NCBI GenBank assembly: GCA_965243125.1
Contig: OZ251529.1
Span: forward strand, 2,452,312-2,516,311
DNA from: Dehalococcoidia bacterium
GTDB taxonomy: Bacteria > Chloroflexota > Dehalococcoidia > Bin125
Reading direction: 5' to 3'
Length of the DNA: 64,000 bases
Part shown: positions 38,568 to 49,600 of the stretch, in pieces
Numbering within the stretch: position 1 is the stretch's first letter
How the letters are laid out: each line of letters begins with the position of its first letter
Program-made: the position numbers and the translations under genes
Notes under the pieces: generated by a model
Databases searched by the model: none
The model's input: only the letters and a program-made list of their open reading frames with translations
Told to the model about the DNA's origin: nothing

Positions 38568-39392
38568 TCATCTGGTAGGCGGCTCCGCGAGCGCCTGCAT
38601 CGCCGCGCCGTGCAGCTCCCGCGTGGCCGCGGCCAGCACGCGGTCGGCGCACTCCAGCGAGAGCGGCTCGCCCGCCCAGCTCGTCATCACGCCGCCCGCG
38701 CCGCTCACGATCGGTACCAGCGGCAGACAGTCCCAAGGCTTCAGCGAGGCCTCGGCCACGAGGTCGATGCAGCCGGCGGCGAGCAGCCCGTAGGCGTAGC
38801 AGTCGACGCCGTAGCGCACCCGCCCGAGCGCGCCGCGCAGCCGCTCCCAGCCGGCCTGCGCCGCGCCGCTGAACTGATCGGGCGAGGTCGCGAATCCTAC
38901 GGCGTCGCTCAACGAGGCTGTGGATAACGTGTGGATGCGGTGGGTAACTGAGGCTGAGCGGAGCGTCGCGCGGTGGATCCCGCCCGGCCAGGTCAGCCCG
39001 ATCCAGCGCTCCTGCGAGACCGGCTGATCGAGCACGCCGAGCACCGGCGAGCCGCGGTGCAGCAGCCCGATCAGCGTCCCGAAGGTCGGCAGCCCCGAGA
39101 TGAACGCGCCGGTGCCGTCGATCGGATCCAGCACCCAGACCCACTCCGCGCCGTTGCGCTCCGACCCGAACTCCTCGCCGACGATTCCGTGCTTCGGAAA
39201 GCGCGCCTCGATCTGCTCGCGGATCGCCGCCTCCGCTTCCCGATCGGCCTGCGTCACCGGCGTCCCGTCGTCTTTCGCGTCCACCGTCGGGCGGCGCCGA
39301 AAGTGTGGCAGAATCGCCTCGGCGGCGGCGTCCGCCAGCTGGTTGGCGAACTCCGTGTAGACATTCGCGACGACATCGCGCGGATCGGGCAT
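38568..39392 (-). CDS. Inositol monophosphatase family protein (IMPase/SuhB-like)
   Basis: 274 aa with 'WVWVLDPIDGTGAFISGLPTFGTLIGL' (the DPIDGT metal-binding motif) and C-terminal 'WDCLPLVPIVSGAGG'. Confidence 0.9.
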   Translation of the reverse strand: MPDPRDVVANVYTEFANQLADAAAEAILPHFRRRPTVDAKDDGTPVTQADREAEAAIREQIEARFPKHGIVGEEFGSERNGAEWVWVLDPIDGTGAFISGLPTFGTLIGLLHRGSPVLGVLDQPVSQERWIGLTWPGGIHRATLRSASVTHRIHTLSTASLSDAVGFATSPDQFSGAAQAGWERLRGALGRVRYGVDCYAYGLLAAGCIDLVAEASLKPWDCLPLVPIVSGAGGVMTSWAGEPLSLECADRVLAAATRELHGAAMQALAEPPTR

Positions 39393-39546
39393 GCCCCAAG
39401 CCTAGCCGCTGCTATCCTCTAATACTCGCAGGGAAGCCTGCTCGGCATCGCCCGACGCGAGCTTCCCGCGCACGCGAACACGACCATCGGCGACCGGCGC
39501 GCGCGGCGACAGCGCACCGCCGAGCGCCCGCGAGAGGACAGGTGGG

Positions 39547-40617
<1,071 letters not shown>

Positions 40618-40619
40618 CT

Positions 40620-40830
40620 CCCCCCCCTCTAAATCTCCCCCCACGATGGGGGGAGACTTCCGGAATCGCCCCCTACCAGGTGGCGGCACGCGATCGGAAT
40701 CGCCCCCCTATGCAGGGAGGCTGTCCGCGTAGCGGACTGGGGGGTCGGTCGGCGCCCCGAGCACAGCACACACCCCCTGCGCAGGGGCGATTCGAACCGG
40801 CGAACGCCCGCCTGCAAGCCCGCCTCCGAG
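40620..40830. repeat. REP/MITE-like element (family A, inverse orientation)
   Basis: 'cccctctaaatctccccccacgatggggggagacttccgg...cccctatgcagggaggctgtccgcgtagcggactggggggtcggtcggcgccccgagcacagcac'. Confidence 0.8.
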
Positions 40831-40846
40831 ACTGGTGGCGCAAGCC

Positions 40847-41719
40847 ATGCCCACGCCCGCCGCAGCCCTCTACCCCGCCTACCAAACCCTCGCGCCGCTC
40901 GCCCGACGCCTCCCGCGCCGCCGCGCCTACGCCGCCGCGCGCCGCCTGATGGACATCGCCTGGCTCGGTTGGCCGCAGGGGCGGCGCGCCTCAATCGGCA
41001 ACGCCCGGATCATCCTCCCCCACGTCGAGTGGCGCGGGGACGCCGCCTCGCTGGCCCGCGCCCAGTGGCGCGCCTACGGCGAATACCTGGTCGACGCCGT
41101 GCGGCTGCCCGAACTCACGCCCGCCCGATGCTTCGACGCCGTCGAAGGTCCCGCCGCCGACTGGGCCCGCCTGCGCGCCGCGTACGGCGAGCGCCCAACC
41201 CTCTTCGCGGTGATGCACATCGGCAACTGGGATGTGCTCGGCGGGGCCTACACCCACGCCTGCGGACGTTCGCATGTCGTCGTCGATCCGCTCGGCCATC
41301 CGCGCCTCGACCGCGCGATTCAAGCGCCGAGAGACCGTCTGGGCATGACGCCGCAGTCCGGCCCGGCCGGCGTCCGCCGCGCCATCGAAGCGCTGGGCGA
41401 GGGCGGCACGGCCGCGATCCTCTTCGACCGTCCGCCCGCCGGACGCGACAACGGCGTTGACGTCCGACTCTTCGGCCGCACGGCGCGGCTCTCCAGCACG
41501 CTCGCCCGAGTCGCCGCCGCGGCGGATGCGCATGTCGTGCCGCTCGCCGCCGTCCGCACCCGCCCCGGTCAATTTGAGTTCCAGGCGCTGATCGATCTGG
41601 ACGCCCACATCAGCAGCGCGCCCGAAGACATCACCCAAAGCGCCGTCGCCGCCTTCGAGCCGTGGCTGGCGGCCCGCCCCGCGCAGTGGTATCAGTTCGG
41701 CCGCTTCTTCCGCGACTAG
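40847..41719 (+). CDS. Lipid A biosynthesis-type lauroyl/myristoyl acyltransferase family (LpxL/HtrB/PatA-like) protein
   Basis: About 290 aa with the 'HIGNWD' (HX4D-type) acyltransferase motif and overall LPLAT architecture. Confidence 0.7.
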   Translation: MPTPAAALYPAYQTLAPLARRLPRRRAYAAARRLMDIAWLGWPQGRRASIGNARIILPHVEWRGDAASLARAQWRAYGEYLVDAVRLPELTPARCFDAVEGPAADWARLRAAYGERPTLFAVMHIGNWDVLGGAYTHACGRSHVVVDPLGHPRLDRAIQAPRDRLGMTPQSGPAGVRRAIEALGEGGTAAILFDRPPAGRDNGVDVRLFGRTARLSSTLARVAAAADAHVVPLAAVRTRPGQFEFQALIDLDAHISSAPEDITQSAVAAFEPWLAARPAQWYQFGRFFRD

Positions 41720-41724
41720 CGCCT

Positions 41725-41870
41725 GCCCCATTCCCCCTCCGAAATCTCAGAGGAGTCCCCTTTCACCTCTCCCCCCATCCTGGGGGGAGACACAGAGGGG
41801 GTTCCCCTCCGAAATCGTCCCCCTATGCAGGGGGGCTGTCGCGCAGCGACTGGGGGATCGGCCGCCCCGC
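41725..41870. repeat. REP/MITE-like element (family A)
   Basis: 'cacctctccccccatcctggggggagacacag...cgtccccctatgcaggggggctgtcgcgcagcgactgggggatcggcc'. Confidence 0.8.
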
Positions 41871-42278
41871 AGCAACATCGCCTGTCCAAACATCCTGTAC
41901 ACTCACAACAGAACAGGAGTGCGCAACAATGCCCCTCTCCCTACGCCAGCGCCGCCGCGCTCTCCGCACCCCCGCCGACTGGCCCGAAGACCAGCTTCCC
42001 TACCCCCTCGACGAACTCGCCGACGCCGAGCGCCCCACCCCTGACAACTCCTTCCAAAACCTTCCAAACCCAACCGCCCCCAACCAGCTCCAACGGCCCC
42101 GACCAGATAGGGACCCCGACCAACCCGGCCCTGACGACACCCCCAACCCTTCCACCCTTCCACCGCCCGTCAACGACGCCTTCCTCGACCGCCTCTGCGG
42201 TCCAAACCCGCCCCAGCCTCGCCCCGCACACCGCCGTGAGCCGCGCCTGATGCCGGCGGCGGCGATACCCTCCCTACG

Positions 42279-43196
42279 ATGCCCACCGCTGCGCTGCTGC
42301 GCGCTATCGAGCTGCTTGCCCGCGTCCTGCCGGAGGACGCGCTCTATGCGCTGGCGGAGCGGCTTGCGGGGGCTGCGCCGCCGCTGGCCGAGCGCCGGCG
42401 GCTGCGCGTGCGCAACAACCTGCAGCGCATTCACCCCGAGTGGGAACTGCCGCGTCTCAACCGCGCGGTGCGACGCGTCTTCGAGGAGACCGCCCGCTAT
42501 TACGTCGACCTGGCGCTGCTGCCCACGCTCACGCCCGAGCAGATTTATCACGAGCGGCTCGAGCTGCGCGGGATTGAACACCTCCAGGCCGAACTCGACG
42601 CCGGGCGCGGCGTCGTCGCCACCTCCGCGCACTTGGCCAACCCCGAAGCCGTGGTCCGCGCCGTGGGCGCGCTCGGCGTCCGCGCCGCCGCGCTCGTCGA
42701 GCCGCTCGCCGACCGCCGCCACCGCGCGGCCGCCGAAGCCCGCCGCGCCGGGGCCGGCGTCGACTTCCTGCCGGCCGACCGCGCAGGCATCGCCCAATGC
42801 ATCGAGCGCCTGCGCGGCGGCGAACTGGTCGCCGTGCTCTGGGATCGCGATATCCAGGGCGGCGGTCCCTGCGTGCCGTTCTTTCGCCGCCAGGCGCGCT
42901 TCCCCGTCGGCGCGGTCGATCTCGCGATTCGCACCGAATCCGCGCTGCTGCCGATCTGGCAGCGCCGCTCCGCCGGGCTTCACTTCGAGGTCGAGTGCCT
43001 GCCGCCCATGCAGCTGCTGTTGACCGGCAATCGCGCGCTCGATGTCCGCACCGGGCTCGCCGATCTCGCCGCCCTCTTCGAGCCGATTCTGCGCGAACAC
43101 TGCGAGCAGTGGCGCGTCTTCGAGTCGCCCTGGGCGCCCTGCCACGACTCCCCCTGGGACGACCCGCGCGCCAACCGCGAGCGGAGCGTCGTATGA
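42279..43196 (+). CDS. Second LpxL/HtrB/PatA-like acyltransferase
   Basis: 305 aa paralog of 40847-41719 (same fold pattern, 'ATSAHLANPEAV', 'LWDRD'). Confidence 0.65.
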   Translation: MPTAALLRAIELLARVLPEDALYALAERLAGAAPPLAERRRLRVRNNLQRIHPEWELPRLNRAVRRVFEETARYYVDLALLPTLTPEQIYHERLELRGIEHLQAELDAGRGVVATSAHLANPEAVVRAVGALGVRAAALVEPLADRRHRAAAEARRAGAGVDFLPADRAGIAQCIERLRGGELVAVLWDRDIQGGGPCVPFFRRQARFPVGAVDLAIRTESALLPIWQRRSAGLHFEVECLPPMQLLLTGNRALDVRTGLADLAALFEPILREHCEQWRVFESPWAPCHDSPWDDPRANRERSVV

Positions 43197-43999
43197 GTGG
43201 CGCGGCGCAGGACGCTGCACAGGGACCCGCGCCCGACGAGCGGGACAACTGGTCCGCCGCCGACCTACAGGTTCATACCCGCGCCTCCGACGGGATGGAC
43301 GGGCCCGAGCAGGTGCTGGACGCGGCCGTCGCCGCCGGGCTCGACTGCATCGCGATCACCGAGCACGACGACGTAGACGGCGCGCTCCGCGCCCGCGAGC
43401 TCGCGCTGGAGCGCGCGCTGCCGCTTGAGGTGATCATCGGCAGCGAAGTCACCTCGCGGCAGGGGCACATTCTGGCCCTGTGGATCGACGAGCCGATTCC
43501 CGCGTTCCGCTCCGCTGCGGAAACGGTCGAGGCGATCTGGCGGCAGGGCGGCGTCGCGACGATCGCCCATCCCGCCGCGATTATGCCGCCCAGCCTCAAC
43601 CGCGGCGAGATCGATCGCTTGGTCGGCGAACTCGCGCCGGCGAGGCGCGGCGATCCGTCGCTGATCCTCGCGATCGAGCTGGCCAACCCCTCGCTGCTCG
43701 CCCGCCGCCGCGTCGCCCCAATCCGCGCACGCAACGCGGAGCGCTGGCGGCTGCCCGAAACCGGCGGCAGCGACGCGCATTTCGCCGCCCATGTCGGCGC
43801 GGCCGTCACCCGTTACCCCGGCCGCGGCGCGGACGCGCTCCGCGCCGCGCTGGCGAGCGGGCGAAGCGTGGCGGAGGAGCGCGAGCAACCCTCCCTGCTG
43901 CGAGTCGGGCCCCGCCTGCTGCTCCAGCCGGCGCGGGGGATGACCGCCACGCCGCGCGCGCTGACCCGCCGGCTGAGGCGGCGAGCCGCGCGCCGCTAA
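43193..43999 (+). CDS. PHP-domain (polymerase/histidinol-phosphatase-like) metal-dependent phosphoesterase
   Basis: 'ADLQVHTRASDGMDGPEQVLDAAVAAGLDCIAITEHDDVDG' (HxH...D/H PHP motifs). The start ATG overlaps the upstream stop (atga). Confidence 0.8.
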   Translation: MSGAAQDAAQGPAPDERDNWSAADLQVHTRASDGMDGPEQVLDAAVAAGLDCIAITEHDDVDGALRARELALERALPLEVIIGSEVTSRQGHILALWIDEPIPAFRSAAETVEAIWRQGGVATIAHPAAIMPPSLNRGEIDRLVGELAPARRGDPSLILAIELANPSLLARRRVAPIRARNAERWRLPETGGSDAHFAAHVGAAVTRYPGRGADALRAALASGRSVAEEREQPSLLRVGPRLLLQPARGMTATPRALTRRLRRRAARR

Positions 44000-44011
44000 C
44001 GCAGCCCTTCA

Positions 44012-45103
44012 ATGCGACCGATGCGAATCGCCTTCGTGATGCCCTACGACCTCGCCCGCCCGGGCGGCGTGCGCACCCACACGCTGGCGCTGGCCTCGTG
44101 GCTGCGCGGCCGGGGCTGCGACGCGCACGTGATCGCCCCCGGCGCCGACACGGCGGCGGAGCAGCCGTGGCTTCACCCGGTCGGCCGGCCGCTTCGCGTG
44201 CCGATCGGCGGCAGCATCGGCAACCTGAGCCTCAGCCCGCGCGCCGTTCCCCGCATCCGCGAGCTGCTCAGCGAGGATTGGGACATTCTGCACATCCAGG
44301 AGCCGCTGATCCCGTCGCTGGGCCTGCTTGCGCTCCAATTCAAGCCCGCCCGCGCCCGCGCCGTGCTGACCTTTCACAGCGCCGAGCGGATCGCGGGACG
44401 CCTCTACACCACCGCCGCGCCGCTGCTGCGCCGCTACACCGCCCGCGCCGACGCCCGCATCGTTGTCTCCAGCGCCGCGCTCGACGCGGCCCGCCCGATC
44501 CTCTGCGGCCCCGCCTCGATCATTCCCCCCTGCATCGAGACCGCTGCGCCGAGCGCACGGGCCGCCGCCGAGCCGGCCGCGATTCTGTTTGTGGGGCGCG
44601 ACGAACCGCGCAAGGGTCTGCTCACGCTGCTCCGCGCCCTGGCCGCACTCGAGGATCCTCGGCCCACCTTGCACATCGCAGGGTCCGTCCGCCCCGCCAC
44701 GCGCCGGCTCGCCCGGCGGCTCGGCGTGGCGGAGCGCGTCGTGTTCCACGGTCCGCAGTCGAGCGAGGGCATCCGCGACCTGCTCGGCCGCGCCGCGCTG
44801 TTCTGCGCCCCGGCGCTGGGCGGCGAGGCGCTCGGGCTGGTGCTGGTTGAGGCCATGGCCGCCGGAGTGCCCGTCGTGGCCTCCGAGATCGACGGCTACC
44901 GCATCCCCGCGCGCGCCGGCCGCGCCGCGCTGCTCGCCCCGCCCGGAGACGCTGCGGCGCTGGCTGCGGGCATCGCCCGCGCCCTCTCGGATCAGCCGCT
45001 GCGCCGCCGTTTAGCCGCCGCCGGCCGCGCCTCCGCACGCCGCTTCAGCGCGCGGACGGTGGGCGCGGAGCATCACCGCGTCTATAACCGCCTGCTGTCG
45101 TAG
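44012..45103 (+). CDS. Family GT-B (GT4-like) glycosyltransferase
   Basis: 363 aa; N-terminal 'MRIAFVMPYDLARPGGV' and C-terminal 'EALGLVLVEAMAAGVPVVAS' (EX7E region) are typical of GT4 retaining glycosyltransferases such as PimA. Confidence 0.85.
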   Translation: MRPMRIAFVMPYDLARPGGVRTHTLALASWLRGRGCDAHVIAPGADTAAEQPWLHPVGRPLRVPIGGSIGNLSLSPRAVPRIRELLSEDWDILHIQEPLIPSLGLLALQFKPARARAVLTFHSAERIAGRLYTTAAPLLRRYTARADARIVVSSAALDAARPILCGPASIIPPCIETAAPSARAAAEPAAILFVGRDEPRKGLLTLLRALAALEDPRPTLHIAGSVRPATRRLARRLGVAERVVFHGPQSSEGIRDLLGRAALFCAPALGGEALGLVLVEAMAAGVPVVASEIDGYRIPARAGRAALLAPPGDAAALAAGIARALSDQPLRRRLAAAGRASARRFSARTVGAEHHRVYNRLLS

Positions 45104-45236
45104 TTATGCGCGGAAACTGTTAGCGCAGCGTGTGTTAGCGCAACGTGATTGACGCTGCGATGACGCGAACGCGCCGCGCCGCCGCCTACTGTGGCATCAC
45201 TGCCGTGGCGGCGGGGCTTCTCTCACACGTACAGCG

Positions 45237-45887
45237 GTGTCGTTACTACCACACACCCTGTCCCAGTCGATTTCCGAGCGGGTCGCCCGCGCGGTTGCGC
45301 GTACCGGTCTGACGCCCAACGCGCTGACGCTGATCGGACTGCTCGGCATGGGCGGCGCTGCGTATCTCGCCTCGATCGGCTGGTTCTGGCAGGCGGGCGT
45401 GGTGATGCTCGCTGCCGGCGCGTTCGACCTCTTCGACGGCGCAGTGGCCCGCTACACGAACACTGCGAGCGACTGGGGCGCGGTGTTCGACGCGGTGAGC
45501 GACCGGTTGGCCGACTTCGCGATTCTCTTCGGGCTGCTCTTCTGGTATCTGGGCGAGGAGCGCTTCAACCGCGACGCGGTGATTCTGATCACGCTCAGCC
45601 TGAGCGGCTCGATGCTCGTCTCCTATACGCGCTCCAAGGCGGCGGAGTTCGGCATTCAGATCCGCTCCGGTCTGGGCACGCGGCTGGAGCGGATTCTGAT
45701 TCTGGTGATCGGACTGCTGTCGGGCCAGGTGGTCGCGGTGCTCTGGCTGCTGGCTGCGCTCTCCAACCTCACCGCGCTCCAGCGCTGGGTGATGACCTGG
45801 CTGGCCGCCCGCCAGCTCGAGCGCGAAGAGGCGGAGCTGGGCGTGGAAGCTGCGGCCCAGGAAAGCCCGTTCGACCGCGAGCTGTGA
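45237..45887 (+). CDS. CDP-alcohol phosphatidyltransferase (PgsA/phosphatidylinositol-phosphate synthase-like)
   Basis: 216 aa, multi-TM, with 'DLFDGAVARYTNTASDWGAVFDAVSDRLAD' (the D-G-x2-A-R...G-x3-D-x3-D signature). Confidence 0.85.
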   Translation: MSLLPHTLSQSISERVARAVARTGLTPNALTLIGLLGMGGAAYLASIGWFWQAGVVMLAAGAFDLFDGAVARYTNTASDWGAVFDAVSDRLADFAILFGLLFWYLGEERFNRDAVILITLSLSGSMLVSYTRSKAAEFGIQIRSGLGTRLERILILVIGLLSGQVVAVLWLLAALSNLTALQRWVMTWLAARQLEREEAELGVEAAAQESPFDREL

Positions 45888-45890
45888 CGA

Positions 45891-46517
45891 TCAGGACGCA
45901 GGCCACCACACATCGCTGAAGTCCACGACGAGCCCCGGCAGCACATCCTCGCCGGAGAGGGTGTCGGGGCGTTCGAGTTGCTCAGGCTCTTGGCCGGGGC
46001 GGTAGATGTAGGCGATGTCGTCGAACGGATCGATCAGCCAGGCGAGGCGCGCGCCGCTGTCGATCCAGAACTGCATCTTGTCGAGCTGGTCGGGCAGTCT
46101 GTCGGAGATCGAGCGGACTTCGATCACGAAATCGGGGCAGAGGCGCAGCATGCCCTCAAGGTCGCGGCGTCCCTGCGGCAACCGCGTGCCGGACACCCAG
46201 GCGATATCGGGCGCTCTGATGGCGCGGTCGTTGATGCGATAGAACCCGTCCGGCGTCGTCACGATGCCGTCCATGACGACGCGCCACCACTCGTACATCT
46301 GCCCCAGGATGATGAACGAGCGGAAGCTGCTGTAGAAACCCGCGCCGCCCATGATGATCAGCCTTCCGTGTTCGTCGACCTCGAAGCGCCATTCGGGGTT
46401 GAGTTCGCAGAGCTGCTCGAAGGCGTCGTCGGTGAACTCCCACGCCGGCGGCGTGCAGAGACGCAGAGGACCGGCTGCAACGGCTGCGGTTGTGACGGGT
46501 TTGGTTGCGGTGACCAT
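45891..46517 (-). CDS. Uma2-family (DUF820, PD-(D/E)xK-like) endonuclease, paralog 1
   Basis: 208 aa; 'FTDDAFEQLCELNPEWRFEVDEHGRL' and C-terminal 'PDFVIEVRSISD...AWLIDP' pattern of Uma2 proteins. Confidence 0.7.
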   Translation of the reverse strand: MVTATKPVTTAAVAAGPLRLCTPPAWEFTDDAFEQLCELNPEWRFEVDEHGRLIIMGGAGFYSSFRSFIILGQMYEWWRVVMDGIVTTPDGFYRINDRAIRAPDIAWVSGTRLPQGRRDLEGMLRLCPDFVIEVRSISDRLPDQLDKMQFWIDSGARLAWLIDPFDDIAYIYRPGQEPEQLERPDTLSGEDVLPGLVVDFSDVWWPAS

Positions 46518-46549
46518 GATGCCGCCAGTCTACCGATTGCCGGCGGCGA

Positions 46550-47176
46550 TCAGGACGAGGGCCACCAGACCTTGCTGAGATCGACCACCAGCCCCGGCAG
46601 CACATCTTCGCCGGAGAGGGTGTCGGGGCGTTCCAGCTGCTCAGGCTCCCGGGCGGGGCGGTAGATGTAGGCGATGTCGTCGAACGGATCGATCAGCCAG
46701 GCGAGACGCGCGCCGCTGTCGATCCAGAACTGCATCTTGTCGAGCTGGTCGGGCAGTCTGTCGGAGATCGAGCGCACCTCGATCACGAAGTCGGGGCAGA
46801 GACGCAGCATGCGCTCAAGGTCGTCTCTGTTCTGCGGCAATCGCTCGCTCGAGACCCAAGCGACGTCGGGCGCGCGCAGCACCCTGCCGCGAATGCGGTA
46901 GAAGCCGTCCGCGCCGCTGACGCCGCCGTGGCCGTCGCTCTCCGTCCAATCATCGACCTGCCTGCCGAGTTTCACAGACCGGCGGCTGCTCTCGAAACCC
47001 GGGCTGCCCATGAACACCAGCCTTCCGTGTTCGTCAACCTCGAAGCGCCACTCGGGGTTCAGCTCGCAGAGTTGCTCGAAGGCGTCGTCGGTGAACTCCC
47101 AGGCCGGCGGCGTGCAGAGACGCAGGGGCTCAAGGCCCGCGACGGCGGGCGCGGAAGGCGTTGTTGCGGTCACCAT
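46550..47176 (-). CDS. Uma2-family endonuclease, paralog 2 (tandem duplicate)
   Basis: 208 aa, about 85-90% identical to paralog 1 apart from an 80-aa central segment. Confidence 0.7.
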   Translation of the reverse strand: MVTATTPSAPAVAGLEPLRLCTPPAWEFTDDAFEQLCELNPEWRFEVDEHGRLVFMGSPGFESSRRSVKLGRQVDDWTESDGHGGVSGADGFYRIRGRVLRAPDVAWVSSERLPQNRDDLERMLRLCPDFVIEVRSISDRLPDQLDKMQFWIDSGARLAWLIDPFDDIAYIYRPAREPEQLERPDTLSGEDVLPGLVVDLSKVWWPSS

Positions 47177-47213
47177 GGCGAGACCAGAGGATCGGGTGGG
47201 GCGGCGGCCGCCG

Positions 47214-47849
47214 CTAGGCGTTGGACTGGACGAGGTCGATCAGCTCGTCGACCGTGGCGTCGCGCCAGGAGGCCCATTCGTCGGAGGACTGGAGGTCGCG
47301 GTAGGCGTTGCGGATGCGGGCGCGCATCTCGTCTTCGGACTCGCCGTCCTGGCGGGAGAAGAGCTTCTGCATGTTGGCCATGTGCTCGTTGGCGACGGCG
47401 GGGCGCTCGATCCAGTGGCCGATGTACTCGTGGTCGAGGGTGTAGAGCACGGCGGTGGGGATGGACTCGTGCTGGCCGTCCTTGAGGAACTCGGCCATGA
47501 TGTCGCTGTGCTCGTCGCGCGGGAAGATGCGCAGTTCCCAGCCGGCGTTGGCCGCGATTTCGGCGAGCACGGGCAGGCCGCGGTAGACATCGGGGCACCA
47601 GTCCTCGCCGAGCACCAGCATCTTCAGACGGGGGAGGGACTGGAGGGTGTCGCGGGCGTCGTCGGAGATTTGCCAGGCGGACATGTTGCGGACGAAGCGC
47701 TCAACGTTGGCGTCGCCGCGGGGCGCGCCGCCGGGGGTGGGGCGCTGCTGGCTCTCCTCGGAGGTGATGTAGGCGAGGTACTGGTTCCAGGTCATGCCGG
47801 ACTTGAAGCGTTCGGGGGTGACGACGGATTCGCGGACGGCGGTGGTCAT
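47214..47849 (-). CDS. Thioredoxin-fold family protein (degenerate WCPDV motif)
   Basis: About 210 aa; 'MLVLGEDWCPDVYRGLPVLAEI' at the position of a CxxC motif, but the second Cys is replaced. The start is chosen at MTTAVRE. Confidence 0.5.
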   Translation of the reverse strand: MTTAVRESVVTPERFKSGMTWNQYLAYITSEESQQRPTPGGAPRGDANVERFVRNMSAWQISDDARDTLQSLPRLKMLVLGEDWCPDVYRGLPVLAEIAANAGWELRIFPRDEHSDIMAEFLKDGQHESIPTAVLYTLDHEYIGHWIERPAVANEHMANMQKLFSRQDGESEDEMRARIRNAYRDLQSSDEWASWRDATVDELIDLVQSNA

Positions 47850-48347
47850 GTGGGGTTCCTTTCGCGGCGTGCGCGTTCGTTGAGACGGCGTCGGCCGTTG
47901 GGCGCAGGGTAGCACCGCGCCTGAGGCTTCGTCCGCGCTTTGCCGTTCGGCTACTGGTGCTCCTGGTGGCAGGGGCACGAGCACTCGTCGAGCGAGTAGC
48001 GCATGACCTCCATGTAGGTCGACTCGGCGAGATGCTCGGCGAGCGCCTCGGGCAGTTTTTGGCCGCTCGCATCGCCCGCCTTGCGGATCGCGTCGTAGGC
48101 GTAGACGGCCATCGCCGCCGACCGATTGATCACGTCCGCGATGTCGCTGCGGATCACTCCCTCTTCGCCGGCGTGTCGTTCGTCCACCACCATGGCGACC
48201 TCCCGCCGGCCTGCATCACGCGGCGTCGTGCGGCGCGCTGGGCCGCTCTGCGCTCGGCCGGCGGTCCTAGAATACACAGGCCGCCGCTCGCTCAACCGCC
48301 CGCGCGCGACGCACCTGCACGACAGATCCGTAGGAGAGGACACCGCC

Positions 48348-49247
48348 ATGCCGCCAATGGAGTTCGGCGCTCAGATTCCCGCCTGGCACTGGCACTGGGA
48401 TGTCTCGGAGGTGCGCGACTGGGCGCAGGGGGTGGAGGCGATCGGCCTCGATCTGATTTCGATGGCGGACCACGTGACCTACGCCTACGAGCTGCCGGAT
48501 CGGCTCAACGACGGGCCGTATCAGGACGATGTGCATCAGCACGAGGTGCTGATCACGCTGGCCTGGCTGGCGGCGCAGACGAGCCGCGTCGCGCTCCAGA
48601 CCAACGTGCTGGTGCTGCCGCAGCGCGAGCCGGTGCTGGTCGCCAAGCAGGCCGCCGAAATCGACATCCTCTCGGGCGGGCGCTTTCGGCTGGGCATCGG
48701 CGTGGGCTGGCAGGTGCCGGAGTTCGAGTCGCTGGGAGCGTCGTTCCGCCAGCGTCCGTCGCGGATGGAGGAGGCCATCCACGTGCTGCGGGCGTGCTGG
48801 ACGGAGGAGCCGATCAACTTTGAGGGGCGCTACACGACGATGCGCGAGATGAGCATGCTGCCCAAGCCGGTGACGCCGGGCGGGCCGCCGATTCTGTTCG
48901 GCGGCTTCTCCGATCCGGCGCTGGACCGCGCGGCGCGGCTGGGCGACGGCTGGATCGCGCCGGTGCAGTCGGACATCGACCACCTGATCGGCTTCACGGA
49001 GAAGATCCGGGCGGCGCTGGAGCGTCACGGGCGGGAGGCGGAGGAGTTTCCGATCCAGTGGCTGCCGCCGCTAGACACGGACATCGCGGCGACACGGCGC
49101 ACGCTGGTCGCGGCGCGGGAGGCGGGAATCACGCGGCTGGGCATCGGGATGCCCAACTACGACCGCGAGGCCGCCGTGCCGGTGGATGAGTATCTGCGGC
49201 ACATCGAGACGGTCTGGCGGGAGATTTGGCCGGAGCTGCGGGGGTGA
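48348..49247 (+). CDS. Luciferase-like monooxygenase (LLM) class F420-dependent oxidoreductase
   Basis: About 300 aa TIM-barrel LLM pattern ('ISMADHV', 'VLVLPQREPVLVAKQAAEIDILSGGRFRLGIGVGW'). Confidence 0.8.
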   Translation: MPPMEFGAQIPAWHWHWDVSEVRDWAQGVEAIGLDLISMADHVTYAYELPDRLNDGPYQDDVHQHEVLITLAWLAAQTSRVALQTNVLVLPQREPVLVAKQAAEIDILSGGRFRLGIGVGWQVPEFESLGASFRQRPSRMEEAIHVLRACWTEEPINFEGRYTTMREMSMLPKPVTPGGPPILFGGFSDPALDRAARLGDGWIAPVQSDIDHLIGFTEKIRAALERHGREAEEFPIQWLPPLDTDIAATRRTLVAAREAGITRLGIGMPNYDREAAVPVDEYLRHIETVWREIWPELRG

Positions 49248-49255
49248 GGGGCGCG

Positions 49256-49450
49256 ATGACGCGATTGCGCCGCTTTCTGTGGCCTTCAGTGCGGAGCGTC
49301 CTGGAAGACGATCAGCTGTCCGGAGATGAGCGTCGGGAGGCAGCGGAGCGCATCCTTGACCAGCGGCACCGACGAATGATCTGCGCGATATTCGTCGGCG
49401 GCGCAGTGATGATCGTGGCAACTGCGCTGCTTTGGATCTTCCTGCGGTGA
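49256..49450 (+). CDS. Tail-anchored mini-protein (64 aa)
   Basis: MTRLRRFLWPSVRSVLEDDQLSGDERREAAERILDQRHRRMICAIFVGGAVMIVATALLWIFLR. The C-terminal TM resembles the tails of 49497-49600 and 49751-50164. Confidence 0.4.
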   Translation: MTRLRRFLWPSVRSVLEDDQLSGDERREAAERILDQRHRRMICAIFVGGAVMIVATALLWIFLR

Positions 49451-49462
49451 TGCGCGGCGGGC

Positions 49463-49600
49463 CTAGATCGCGTCGGGGCCGGGCCAGATCTGGATGGCGA
49501 TGTCGGCCAGTCGCTCGCAGCGCGAAACGCTGCGGGCGATGATCGTGGTGGCGGGCGTCGCAGTGGCTGCGATCGGGCTGCTGATCGCGTTCCTCTAGCC
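49463..49600. other. Decayed duplicate of the convergent gene junction (GmrSD 3' end-like 60 nt plus a tail-anchor-encoding 3' end), with a possible 34-aa tail-anchored ORF (49497-49600)
   Basis: 49463-49525 is about 88% identical to 50169-50230 (the reverse-strand 3' end of the DUF262/DUF1524 gene). 49540-49600 parallels 50100-50164, and the potential peptide MAMSASRSQRETLRAMIVVAGVAVAAIGLLIAFL matches the tail of the coiled-coil protein. Confidence 0.6.

Noticed and set aside
41662-43023. 453-aa plus-strand ORF spanning a repeat element and the second acyltransferase
   Set aside because: It starts inside a REP-like element, continues as Pro-rich low complexity and runs out of frame across the genuine acyltransferase gene (42279-43196).
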